Shown: piece by piece, positions 17,971 through 25,567 of the stretch
How positions within the stretch are numbered: the first letter of the stretch is position 1
Layout: the number at the start of each line of letters is the position of its first letter
IMG/VR virus record: IMGVR_UViG_3300036793_000118
Coordinates: 1 to 28,699 of that record
Strand: one strand, 5' to 3'
Source: a virus
Lineage: Duplodnaviria; Caudoviricetes
DNA length: 28,699 bases
Notes under the pieces: model-generated
Told to the model about the DNA's origin: nothing
What the model saw: only the letters and a program-made list of their open reading frames with translations
The model's database searches: none
Position numbers and translations under genes: made by a program

Positions 17971-19146
17971 TACGCTGGTCAGCCCACCCGTGCCTGACTC
18001 TCCCGAATCGTCGCTGCGTCGCGACAGCGTCACCATCCGATCCCACGACGATGTCACGACAGAGAACCCGTCCGGCGCGAGGTGGGCGTAGATCTGCGTC
18101 GTGGACACCGAGGCGTGGCGCATGATCCGCTGCACGTCGTAGATCGGCACCGAATCCTGCACCAGCCACGAGGCCGCAGTGTGCCGGCACTTGTGCGGCG
18201 AATATCGGGGTATCGGCGCCGCCTTGCGGCGCTCGCTCCGGGCCCGTTCTCGCTCGCGCTCGTTGGCCGCGTCGATGGCTGGATACCACCAGTGCGTCAG
18301 CCAATTCGGTCCGCTGAACGGAGCATTGCCGCGCTTCGTTCGGAACAGCAGATCGTCCCCATCGGCGCCAGCTGCCACGACGGAGAGCGCGTCGAGGATG
18401 TGAGCGGGAGCCGGGATCTCTGCTCGGCTGGCCGAGTTCTTCGGATACTCCTTCCAGGTTCCGTCCTGCCGCGTCACGCCGACGATGCTGATCCGCTTCC
18501 GCAGCCAGATCACGTCGCACGCGCGCAGGCCCGCGGCCTCGCCCCAGCGCAGGCCGCACCACAGCATGAGGTCGGCGAAGGTCCGGTGCGGCTCCCGCAT
18601 CTCGGCGAGGATCGCGGCGGCCTGCTCGTGGGTGAAGAATCGGGGCAGCTTCTTCGGCATCGCCGGCAGCGTGATGTTCCGGGTCGGGTCGGCGACGATC
18701 AGGCCCTCGTCGAGCGCTGAGTTGATCATCGCGCGGAAGAGGTTGTAGGTGCGGCGGATCGCGGCCTTGCCGATCTGCGCGGACTCCATGCGTTTGATCC
18801 AGGCCTGGACCTCGAGGCGCCCGACGCCGGTCAGGATCTCGCCGGCCCATTCGTCCAGGATCCGTTCGTGGCCGGCCTTGTCGCCGCGGTCGGTCTCGGG
18901 TTCGACGACGCGCGCCGCCCGCCAGCGTCGGTGCCAGTCCTCCACGGTCGTGCGGCTCAGCCGGGGGTCGCGCCAGTCGCCCCGGCGGATGCGCGCCTCC
19001 TCCTCGAGCCCCCAGTCCCGGGCCTGCGTCTTCAAGGGAAAGGTCTCGCTGCGCCGCTTGCCGTTCGCGAGCCGGATGGTGGACTGCCAGGTGGCGACCT
19101 TCTTGCCGTCCTTGGTGACGTGCTCGAGCTTCCTCAGGTATGGCAC
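17968..19146 (-). CDS. int: Tyrosine integrase
   Basis: 392 aa with an N-terminal arm-binding-like region and catalytic motifs GLRWGE (R), PKN (K), HKCRH (HxxR), MRH, TTQIYAHL (Y). Confidence 0.95.
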   Translation of the reverse strand: MPYLRKLEHVTKDGKKVATWQSTIRLANGKRRSETFPLKTQARDWGLEEEARIRRGDWRDPRLSRTTVEDWHRRWRAARVVEPETDRGDKAGHERILDEWAGEILTGVGRLEVQAWIKRMESAQIGKAAIRRTYNLFRAMINSALDEGLIVADPTRNITLPAMPKKLPRFFTHEQAAAILAEMREPHRTFADLMLWCGLRWGEAAGLRACDVIWLRKRISIVGVTRQDGTWKEYPKNSASRAEIPAPAHILDALSVVAAGADGDDLLFRTKRGNAPFSGPNWLTHWWYPAIDAANERERERARSERRKAAPIPRYSPHKCRHTAASWLVQDSVPIYDVQRIMRHASVSTTQIYAHLAPDGFSVVTSSWDRMVTLSRRSDDSGESGTGGLTSV

Positions 19147-19158
19147 GTCGACCGCCGG

Positions 19159-19500
19159 CTAATACTCGGTGATGGTCTCCACGAGCGTGGCGACGGACCG
19201 CTGCACGTCGTCCGACAGGAGCGGCCAGAGCTCGATGACCCTGCGCAGGCTCGGGTTGGTGGAGCGCTGGATCCGCCCGCCGCCGAGGATGCGTTCGCAG
19301 GTGCCGCCCTCCCAGCCCAGCGCCGCCTCGATCGCGGCGAAGGTCCGGGCCGAGTAGTTGGTCCGGGTGCCGCCTTCGATGTCAGCGAGGAGGCGTACGG
19401 AAAGCCCGGTGGCAAGGGCGAAGTCCTTGCGGTGCGGCCACCTGATGGACCGTTCCGTGAGGATCTGGGTGCCGAGTCGGCGCCCGGGATGAGTAGCCAC
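19159..19500 (-). CDS. XRE-family HTH regulator (immunity repressor candidate 1)
   Basis: RKDFALATGLSVRLLADIEGG...TFAAIEAALGW pattern of actinophage repressors; directly upstream of int. Confidence 0.8.
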   Translation of the reverse strand: MATHPGRRLGTQILTERSIRWPHRKDFALATGLSVRLLADIEGGTRTNYSARTFAAIEAALGWEGGTCERILGGGRIQRSTNPSLRRVIELWPLLSDDVQRSVATLVETITEY

Positions 19501-19598
19501 GATCGCAAGTACATTCGCTTCCCCCTCGTCTCTGGATCATCGGCGCGGTGCGTGGCATCGGCCTGCATCGCAACTACGCCAGTGCATGCAAATTTGGG

Positions 19599-19937
19599 CT
19601 AGCGGTCGTCGCGGGCGACGCACGAAACATGGGCGTCGCCGCGGGCCCGGTTGATCTGGACGACGACTGGTCGCACGGCTGCTCGGCCCTCGTCGTAGCC
19701 CTTGCCGAAGCCGACGTCGTAGCCGGCTTGGTAGATGTCCCCTGCCGGCGGCCGATTGTGGTCGACCATCCATCCTGTGGCGAGCACTGCTGCGATGACG
19801 AACAGCGTGCGTCCCACGCTGTGCAGTGGCTGCTGGACCGCATCGATGATGGTCGTGACCACCGCCGTCATTGCAACCACTCCGGCCCCGAATCCCAGAA
19901 CTCGTCCCCTATCGATGTCTCTCCACCTCGACGTCAC
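19599..19937 (-). CDS. Small membrane protein (2 TM) with GxxxG-repeat C-terminus
   Basis: GTG 19937 with GGGGGG SD; 112 aa; hydrophobic VLGFGAGVVAMTAVVTTII and TLFVIAAVLATGWMV; YQAGYDVGFGKGYDEG. Confidence 0.7.
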   Translation of the reverse strand: MTSRWRDIDRGRVLGFGAGVVAMTAVVTTIIDAVQQPLHSVGRTLFVIAAVLATGWMVDHNRPPAGDIYQAGYDVGFGKGYDEGRAAVRPVVVQINRARGDAHVSCVARDDR

Positions 19938-20086
19938 GTTCTGTCCCCCCACTCGTTGCTGGTTGTAGGCGCGTTCGCTCCAGGACTCTGCTTGGCCGTG
20001 GAGTGGGGGCGAACGCGCCGCCCTGCGAATGTGCTGAGTGTAGGCACGTTCATTACGACAAGTAACGGCTTTCTTCCGCTTAGTTA

Positions 20087-20416
20087 CTACGAAATTTGGG
20101 TGGCCCGTTCGGCCGATTCCATTTGGTAGATGACATGGCGGATGAGGTCCGGATCGGATGCCGTCGACTGCATCGTTCGGACCTGCGCGATGTCTCCGTT
20201 CCGGACGCAGACCAGCAATCCGCGGGGCATATTCAGCGCACCTTCGATGCCGTGGAGCGTTTCGTCCAGGATCGCTTCGTCGCCGCGCAGCGCCCGGGCG
20301 ACGGTGGCGCGCGATAGGCCCGCACTCTGTGCGACTTTCAGGTGCGCGAGTCCCTTCCGGGACATCTCTGATTGAGCGATCCGACCCGCTAGTCGTCGAC
20401 CGCTCTCTGTACTCAT
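20087..20416 (-). CDS. XRE-family HTH regulator (immunity repressor candidate 2)
   Basis: KVAQSAGLSRATVARALRG...TLHGIEGALNMPRG; divergent from the early rightward promoter. Confidence 0.8.
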   Translation of the reverse strand: MSTESGRRLAGRIAQSEMSRKGLAHLKVAQSAGLSRATVARALRGDEAILDETLHGIEGALNMPRGLLVCVRNGDIAQVRTMQSTASDPDLIRHVIYQMESAERATQIS

Positions 20417-20625
20417 GTCTCATAGCGTCGCATAGGGACTCTCACCCCCTCAAGCGTAGTAGTCCATGTGACACTCTATACGTCATTAAGACACACGATG
20501 AGACGTCGAGAGACACCATGAGCGGTCACGTTTTAGTAACGACACCCCCCGTAGCCGTTGACGGCGATCTGAGTGAGGGCTACGGTACTCATAACACTTC
20601 ATGAGACATAGAGAGACGGTGCGAT
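20417..20625. repeat. Phased degenerate heptamer arrays (consensus ATGAGAC)
   Basis: + strand: ATGTGAC 20466, TTAAGAC 20486, ATGAGAC 20498, GAGAGAC 20508, ATGAGCG 20518, ATGAGAC 20601, GAGAGAC 20611. - strand: GTCTCAT 20417, GTCGCAT 20427. Confidence 0.75.
20558..20586 (+). promoter_or_regulatory. Early rightward sigma70-type promoter
   Basis: TTGACG (20558-20563), 17-bp spacer, TACGGT (20581-20586), upstream of xis. Confidence 0.65.
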
Positions 20626-20630
20626 ACTTG

Positions 20631-20864
20631 ATGACGCAGCCGGCGGACCAGCAGTCGACAGATCTCTACACCGTCCTGGAGATCGCCGGACGCATGAGGG
20701 TGTCGAAGCACACGGTCTACCGGGCCATCAGCAGCGGCGAGCTCGACTGGGTCGACATCGGCAACGACGGCAAGGCCCGGATCCGCGTCAGCGAGGACCA
20801 GTACGCCGCCTACCTCAAGAAGCGCCGCCGCACTCGGACCGGCAAATCGCGCCGAGCGGCCTGA
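20631..20864 (+). CDS. xis: Excisionase / Cro-like HTH_17 DNA-binding protein
   Basis: LYTVLEIAGRMRVSKHTVYRAISSGEL...IRVSE pattern; first gene of the rightward operon. Start may alternatively be 20601. Confidence 0.85.
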   Translation: MTQPADQQSTDLYTVLEIAGRMRVSKHTVYRAISSGELDWVDIGNDGKARIRVSEDQYAAYLKKRRRTRTGKSRRAA

Positions 20865-21061
20865 TGCATTTCACCGGGGGGTGAGGACATGCGCGGAGTG
20901 ACTTGGGCTGCGTAGCGCGCAGTCGGGGTGACCAGCAGCCATCGGTCGTGCAAGGCACCGACACCCACGCAAGGAATTGGAAGACCCGCCCAGCGCAGCC
21001 ACGCCGGACGGGTCGGGGAACGGCCCGAACTCTACCGGGCCACATCGCAAGGGGGAACACC

Positions 21062-21505
21062 ATGACCACCACAACCGCCGTCCGTCCCGCCGCAGAAGCT
21101 ACCCGGCAGGCCGGCCCGATGCGCCGCATCACCCTCACCCTGTCCGCGCAGACACTCGCCGCGGGCCTCGCGTCCGACCGGGGCGTCCTGGGCCGGGTCC
21201 TGAAAGGCGCGGACGACGCCGACACCCAGCTCATCAATGCGGGTGACCACCCGATCGGCACCGCCGGCCGCGAGGTCGAGGACCGGCTGGCGCAGGAGTA
21301 CTTCGCCGACGAGGTCGGGGCGGCGTCGTTCACCCTCACCGCGTCCGACGCCGTGAAGCTCGCCGCGTCCCTCTGCCACGCCGTGGCCAAGTCGGGCACC
21401 TTCCCGCACGTCACCCTCGTGGACCGGGCCGCATTCGAGCTGTCCGCCGCGCTCAAGCTCGCCGCCGTCGACTACGCCGCGACGCTCCGTGGGGCGGTGG
21501 CCTGA
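21062..21505 (+). CDS. Hypothetical protein (147 aa)
   Basis: AGGGGG SD before ATG 21062; strong GC third-position bias. Confidence 0.75.
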   Translation: MTTTTAVRPAAEATRQAGPMRRITLTLSAQTLAAGLASDRGVLGRVLKGADDADTQLINAGDHPIGTAGREVEDRLAQEYFADEVGAASFTLTASDAVKLAASLCHAVAKSGTFPHVTLVDRAAFELSAALKLAAVDYAATLRGAVA

Positions 21506-21724
21506 ATGGCTGGCCAGCTCACTGCCAACCTGCACCTGTACGACGGCGACGAGATCACGCCCGACGTCCTCACGCGCCCGGACGGCGGCAGGTTCGGTGT
21601 CGTCCACCTCGGCCCCGACGTGGTCGTCTATCCAAGTAACTCGGAGATCTCCGGTCGTATCGCGGCGGCCTTCACTGACCTCGCCAACCTGCAGTTGCAG
21701 ATCGAGCAGGGCGGCCAGTCATGA
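21506..21724 (+). CDS. Hypothetical protein (72 aa)
   Basis: Abuts the upstream stop and overlaps the downstream ATGA. Confidence 0.7.
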   Translation: MAGQLTANLHLYDGDEITPDVLTRPDGGRFGVVHLGPDVVVYPSNSEISGRIAAAFTDLANLQLQIEQGGQS

Positions 21725-22329
21725 CCGCGCTCATGAGCGAGTCCATCGGCGAACTGATGTCCTCCTTGCTGGCCGCCAAGAAGAAGTTCAAGCCGGCCGT
21801 GAAGGACTCGGAGAACCCGCACTTCCATTCCAAGTTCGTGTCGCTCACTGGCGTCCTGGACGCCGTGGAAGGCGCACTGCTGGACAACGACATCCTGCTG
21901 TCCCAGCCGATCGACGTGATCGACGGAAAGAACGTCCTCGTCTCCCGGCTCATGCACGTCTCGGGCCAGTGGATGGCGTCGTACTACCAGCTCAATCCGG
22001 TGAAGTCCGACCCGCAGGCGGAAGGCTCAGCGCTCACCTACGCCCGCCGGTACGCCGCTATGGCGTTACTCGGGATCGCGCCGGAGGACGACGACGGGGA
22101 GGCCGCGTCGCGGGCCCAGCAGCGTCAGCGCAGCGAACCCGTAGACACCCCGGAAGCCGCACCGTCGGCATCGGACTGGGCCCAGTTCATCGCCGGGGCA
22201 AGCACGGCGAACGAGCTGAACGACATCGCCCGTCGCCTCGCCGCCTCACCTCTCTCCCCCGCGGCACGGAAGCCGCTGAAAGAGACGTGGTCGGCCCGGA
22301 TGAACGAGCTGCAGGGGACGCCGGCATGA
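21721..22329 (+). CDS. erf: ERF-family single-strand annealing protein
   Basis: KDSENPHFHSKFVSL...HVSGQW...DPQAEGSALTYARRYA...EDDDG is the ERF signature. Confidence 0.92.
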   Translation: MTALMSESIGELMSSLLAAKKKFKPAVKDSENPHFHSKFVSLTGVLDAVEGALLDNDILLSQPIDVIDGKNVLVSRLMHVSGQWMASYYQLNPVKSDPQAEGSALTYARRYAAMALLGIAPEDDDGEAASRAQQRQRSEPVDTPEAAPSASDWAQFIAGASTANELNDIARRLAASPLSPAARKPLKETWSARMNELQGTPA

Positions 22330-23198
22330 CCGCGGCACTGTCGCCCGAGCGCGTCGGGAGGGTCACCGCATCCCGCCTTCCCGCCGTGCTCGGCATCTCC
22401 CCCTACAACGACCGGACCGGGGTGATGCGGGAGATGGTGCGCCAGCACTTCGGGGCGCCGCAGGAATTCACCGGCAACATCGCCACCGAATGGGGGAACG
22501 CCCACGAGGCCGACGGCATCACCGAATATGAACGCCTCCGCAGCGTCCTCGTCCTAGGCTGCACCGAGTTCTTCATCCACCCCGAACACTCCCGCCTCGG
22601 CGCCACCCCCGACGGGCTCGGCCTCGTCGAGCAGGACGGGCTGGTCGAGGTCAAGGCCCCGTTCCGCGGCACCTACGCCGACATTTCTGAACGACCCGAC
22701 TACGAGACGCAGATCCGTCTGCAGATCGAATGCACGGGACGGTTCTGGGGCGACCTCGTGGTGTGGCGGCCATCCGGGATCGCCGTGTCCAGAGTGGACC
22801 GCGACCCCGACTGGTACGCCACCGTCCACGAACCGATCACCGAATTCCTCGCCGAATACGACGCCATCATCGCCGACCTCGACAAGGCCGAGCCGTACCT
22901 GCAGCCGCTGGTCGACGAGCGGGCCGACCCGGAATGGCAGCTCGCGGCGCTGGAATGGAAAGAAGCCCGCGCCGCGAAACGCCGTGCCGAAGAACTGATG
23001 GACGCCGCCCGCGACGAACTGGTCCGGCTCTCCGGCGGAAACAAGTCCCGCGGCTGGGGCGTCCAAGTCTTCCCGTCCGACCGCAAGGGATCGGTTGATC
23101 CCAAGCGGGCCAGCAAGGACGGCATCGACCTGGACAAGTACCGGTCCGCGGGCAAGACGGTCTACACCGTCCGCGAAGCGACGGACAACGACCGGTGA
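22326..23198 (+). CDS. YqaJ/lambda-exonuclease-family nuclease
   Basis: R..RVTAS...LG.SPY...WGNAHE...GATPDG...EVKAP...Q motifs; ATGA overlap with erf. Confidence 0.92.
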   Translation: MTAALSPERVGRVTASRLPAVLGISPYNDRTGVMREMVRQHFGAPQEFTGNIATEWGNAHEADGITEYERLRSVLVLGCTEFFIHPEHSRLGATPDGLGLVEQDGLVEVKAPFRGTYADISERPDYETQIRLQIECTGRFWGDLVVWRPSGIAVSRVDRDPDWYATVHEPITEFLAEYDAIIADLDKAEPYLQPLVDERADPEWQLAALEWKEARAAKRRAEELMDAARDELVRLSGGNKSRGWGVQVFPSDRKGSVDPKRASKDGIDLDKYRSAGKTVYTVREATDNDR

Positions 23199-23410
23199 CC
23201 GACCTCGCGTTCGGCGCCTACCTCCTGGCCGGCATCACCGACGGCCGGCCGGACTGGCCGAACGCGACCCGACTCGAACTCCAATCCCTCCATACCGCTG
23301 CCCCGTCACCTTGTTCCCCCTTGCGTGACGCGGCAGCAATTCCCGGCGAGGCGTGGTGTCCCCCCGTGCTGCGCCTCGCCGGGCCCCCTACCGCAAAGGA
23401 CACCCCGTGA
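23195..23410 (+). CDS. Hypothetical protein (71 aa)
   Basis: GTGA overlaps at both ends. Confidence 0.5.
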   Translation: MTDLAFGAYLLAGITDGRPDWPNATRLELQSLHTAAPSPCSPLRDAAAIPGEAWCPPVLRLAGPPTAKDTP

Positions 23411-23760
23411 AGCTCCTCGAATTCAGCCTCAACGACGTACTGCATTCCGGCGGCAAGCACACCATGTCCCGGCCCGACGCGGTGCACGTCGTGGAGATCC
23501 TGAACCGCTGGCCCGCCGCCGACCGCATCCCCACGACCGGGGCCCGCGGTGCCACGACCCGCCCGGTCGGCGAGCGCGGCAACACCCCCCTGACCCCTGC
23601 CGGCCCTACTGAGGAACCGTCGCCACGAAACGGAGACACCGCCGCGAATGTGGTGGCGGAGACTCCCGGCGACGGCGGGCCGGCAGGCCAGACGGACACC
23701 CTCGCCGCTGCGGACTCGCACACCGGCGGCGAGGGTGCCACCCACGGTGGTACCCCGTGA
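23407..23760 (+). CDS. Hypothetical protein (117 aa, low-complexity C-terminus)
   Basis: AAGGA SD, GTG 23407, GTGA overlaps. Confidence 0.55.
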   Translation: MKLLEFSLNDVLHSGGKHTMSRPDAVHVVEILNRWPAADRIPTTGARGATTRPVGERGNTPLTPAGPTEEPSPRNGDTAANVVAETPGDGGPAGQTDTLAAADSHTGGEGATHGGTP

Positions 23761-23852
23761 CCGACACGTACATCCGCCTCATCATCGTCGGCATCGTTGT
23801 GATCCTGCTCGCGATGGCCCTGGACTACCTGCTGCCCGGGCGGGATGAATGA
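23757..23852 (+). CDS. 31-aa single-TM microprotein (not in ORF track)
   Basis: MTDTYIRLIIVGIVVILLAMALDYLLPGRDE; fills the gap exactly with GTGA and ATGA overlaps. Confidence 0.7.
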   Translation: MTDTYIRLIIVGIVVILLAMALDYLLPGRDE

Positions 23853-24046
23853 CCGCCGTCGGGAAAGACATCGACGCCGCCTCCACCATCAGCCCCGTCC
23901 ATCCCGAGCCGGACAACGAAGCCCTCGCAGCCTGGGTCGTCATGGACCGGGCCCACGATGCAGCGGACGCCCGCCTCCTCCTGGACGTCCTGGGCCTCAG
24001 CGCCAGCGACGCCCTGTTCGGCCGCTACCTAGCGCGGCACCGGTGA
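23849..24046 (+). CDS. Hypothetical protein (65 aa)
   Basis: Coupled overlaps at both ends; DAADARLLLDVLGL motif. Confidence 0.65.
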   Translation: MTAVGKDIDAASTISPVHPEPDNEALAAWVVMDRAHDAADARLLLDVLGLSASDALFGRYLARHR

Positions 24047-24240
24047 ACGCCGTCGCCGATCCCCCGGGGATCGACCAGCGCTGGTACTGCCAGCGCTGCG
24101 GCATCGTCCCGGCCAGCATCGTGGAAATCGTCGAGGACGGATTCGACGGAATCCCCCGCCACATAGTCCTGAGCGACGCCGGCAATCCAACCGGGCGCCG
24201 CCACCTGATCGGCATCTATGACCCGTGGGCACCGATATGA
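24043..24240 (+). CDS. Hypothetical protein with CxxC (65 aa)
   Basis: GTG 24043; WYCQRCG...RH...RH; coupled overlaps. Confidence 0.6.
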   Translation: MNAVADPPGIDQRWYCQRCGIVPASIVEIVEDGFDGIPRHIVLSDAGNPTGRRHLIGIYDPWAPI

Positions 24241-24434
24241 CCGCGGCTTGCCCCACCTGCGGCCACACGCTCGAACCTCGACCGCCCGCGCCGTGCTCGT
24301 GCGGGCATTCCGCGGCGATGCATTCGATCCGCGGCGCCGGCCCACCGCGCGGCTGCTCGGTATCGAGCATCCATGCGCCCGGCGACAAGCCACGCCGCTG
24401 CGGCTGTCGCCTTCACCAAGACCAGATCAGCTAA
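24237..24434 (+). CDS. Small Cys/His-rich putative zinc-binding protein (65 aa)
   Basis: ATGA overlap; CPTCGH...CSCGH...H...C...CGC. Confidence 0.65.
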   Translation: MTAACPTCGHTLEPRPPAPCSCGHSAAMHSIRGAGPPRGCSVSSIHAPGDKPRRCGCRLHQDQIS

Positions 24435-24452
24435 CAGAAGGGCGTTTGGCCT

Positions 24453-25259
24453 GTGGCTCGAATCAGGAGCATTAAGCCCGAATTCTGGGACGACCGGAAG
24501 CTGGCCCGGTCGACCTCCCGCGACGCCCGGATGCTGTATATGGCGCTGTGGAATCAGTCCGATGAGCACGCGCGGTGCAACGGCGACCCGGACTGGCTGA
24601 AAGGTCGCGCCTTTCCGTACGACGACGACGTTACGCCGGCCATTGTCGACCGGTGGCTGGAGGAGTTGGCGGTCGCGGGACGTATTGTTCGGTACGAGGT
24701 CGACGGCGACCCGTTCCTTTACGTCCCGAAGCTGCCTAATCATCAGCGTTTGGAACCTGCGAAAGCCGCTTCCCGCATTCCTGCGCCACCTGATCCGAGT
24801 CCCGCGCAGATTTTCTCCGATGAGTCTGCGCGGGACGCTGATCCGCCAGAACAATTAGCGCCTCTTTATGTAGCAGGTAGCAGGGAGCAGGTAGCAGGGA
24901 GCATGGAGCATGTCAGCGCCGCGCAGAGCGCGGATGACACCCCGGAGGAACCCGATCCGAAAGGGACCCGGATTCCCGACGGGTGGCAGCCGTCCGCCGC
25001 CGACATCACTTGGTCCCGCGCCGAAGGCAATCCCGACGACTGGTCCCGCCGATGCACCGAATCGTTCTGCGACTACTGGCGCGGCATGCCCGGCGCACGA
25101 GGCCGCAAAGCCGACTGGTCCGCGACGTGGCGGAACTGGCTGCGCCGCGAAATGGAAAACCGCGGGTCCCGCGCATCACCGCCCCGATCCCAAACCGCAT
25201 CCGAGAAAGCCTCCGGATGGATGACCATTCCGATCGATGAACGAAAGGCGATCACGTGA
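24453..25259 (+). CDS. Phage replication initiator (replisome organiser-like)
   Basis: MARIRSIKPEFWDD...LYMALWNQSDEHAR...NHQR N-terminus and GTRIPDGW...FCDYW...DWSATWRNW C-terminus, typical of phage Rep proteins; internal repeats. Confidence 0.85.
   Translation: MARIRSIKPEFWDDRKLARSTSRDARMLYMALWNQSDEHARCNGDPDWLKGRAFPYDDDVTPAIVDRWLEELAVAGRIVRYEVDGDPFLYVPKLPNHQRLEPAKAASRIPAPPDPSPAQIFSDESARDADPPEQLAPLYVAGSREQVAGSMEHVSAAQSADDTPEEPDPKGTRIPDGWQPSAADITWSRAEGNPDDWSRRCTESFCDYWRGMPGARGRKADWSATWRNWLRREMENRGSRASPPRSQTASEKASGWMTIPIDERKAIT
24799..24911. repeat. Putative replication origin: 12-bp inverted repeat plus six tandem heptamers
   Basis: GTCCCGCGCAGA (24799-24810) / TCTGCGCGGGAC (24825-24836); AT-richer spacer; G(T/G)AGCA(G/T) x6 at 24870-24911. 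Confidence 0.65.
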
Positions 25260-25567
25260 CAGCCGAACTCACCGCCCGGGCCGTGCTCGCCAAGGCGTCC
25301 GCATTCGATCCGCGCTTCCGGAAACCCGATCCGCTGATCGTTGCAGCCTGGACCGAAGCCCTCGGGGACATCAACTTCGACCTCGCCCTGGCCGCTGTCA
25401 CCGAGCATTACCGGACCGAGACGGATCGGACGTTGATGCCCGGCGATGTGCTCGCCGCGGTCCGGCGCGCGGCCGGCGGGTCGAGCCCGGCGTACCGGCC
25501 GATGAGCGAAGTCGTGGCCGAGATCGAGGCGAGAGTCGCGGCGGATCGAACGGCAATCGAACCGTGA
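25256..25567 (+). CDS. Helicase loader/inhibitor-like protein (G39P-like)
   Basis: Follows Rep; VLAKASAFDPR...AAWTEAL.DI....ALAAV.EHY......LMPGDV pattern. Confidence 0.65.
   Translation: MTAELTARAVLAKASAFDPRFRKPDPLIVAAWTEALGDINFDLALAAVTEHYRTETDRTLMPGDVLAAVRRAAGGSSPAYRPMSEVVAEIEARVAADRTAIEP

Noticed and set aside
17780-18000. tRNA or tmRNA fragment as att core
   Set aside because: No T-loop GTTCGA/CCA-type pattern recognised on either strand.
17968-19500. Integration-dependent immunity (attP within repressor, ssrA-like tags)
   Set aside because: Int retains an N-terminal arm-binding-like region, a xis gene is present, and the repressor C-termini (TITEY, ATQIS) are not ssrA-like.
20020-20090. 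Leftward promoter (TACACT -10) and AGTAAC/GTTACT inverted repeat as operator
   Set aside because: No well-spaced -35 found and the repeat is only 6 bp; too weak to call.
19599-20423. 274-aa ORF as listed in the track
   Set aside because: Its 5' part overlaps the HTH gene in another frame; only the portion from GTG 19937 has an SD and protein-like composition.
17850-20625. CRISPR array or mini-array
   Set aside because: Repeats are 7-14 bp with about 10-bp period, there are no unique spacers of CRISPR length and no cas genes.
21489-22325. 569-aa ORF as an extended exonuclease
   Set aside because: The N-terminal part is a shadow over 21506..21724 and erf; the real start is ATG 22326.
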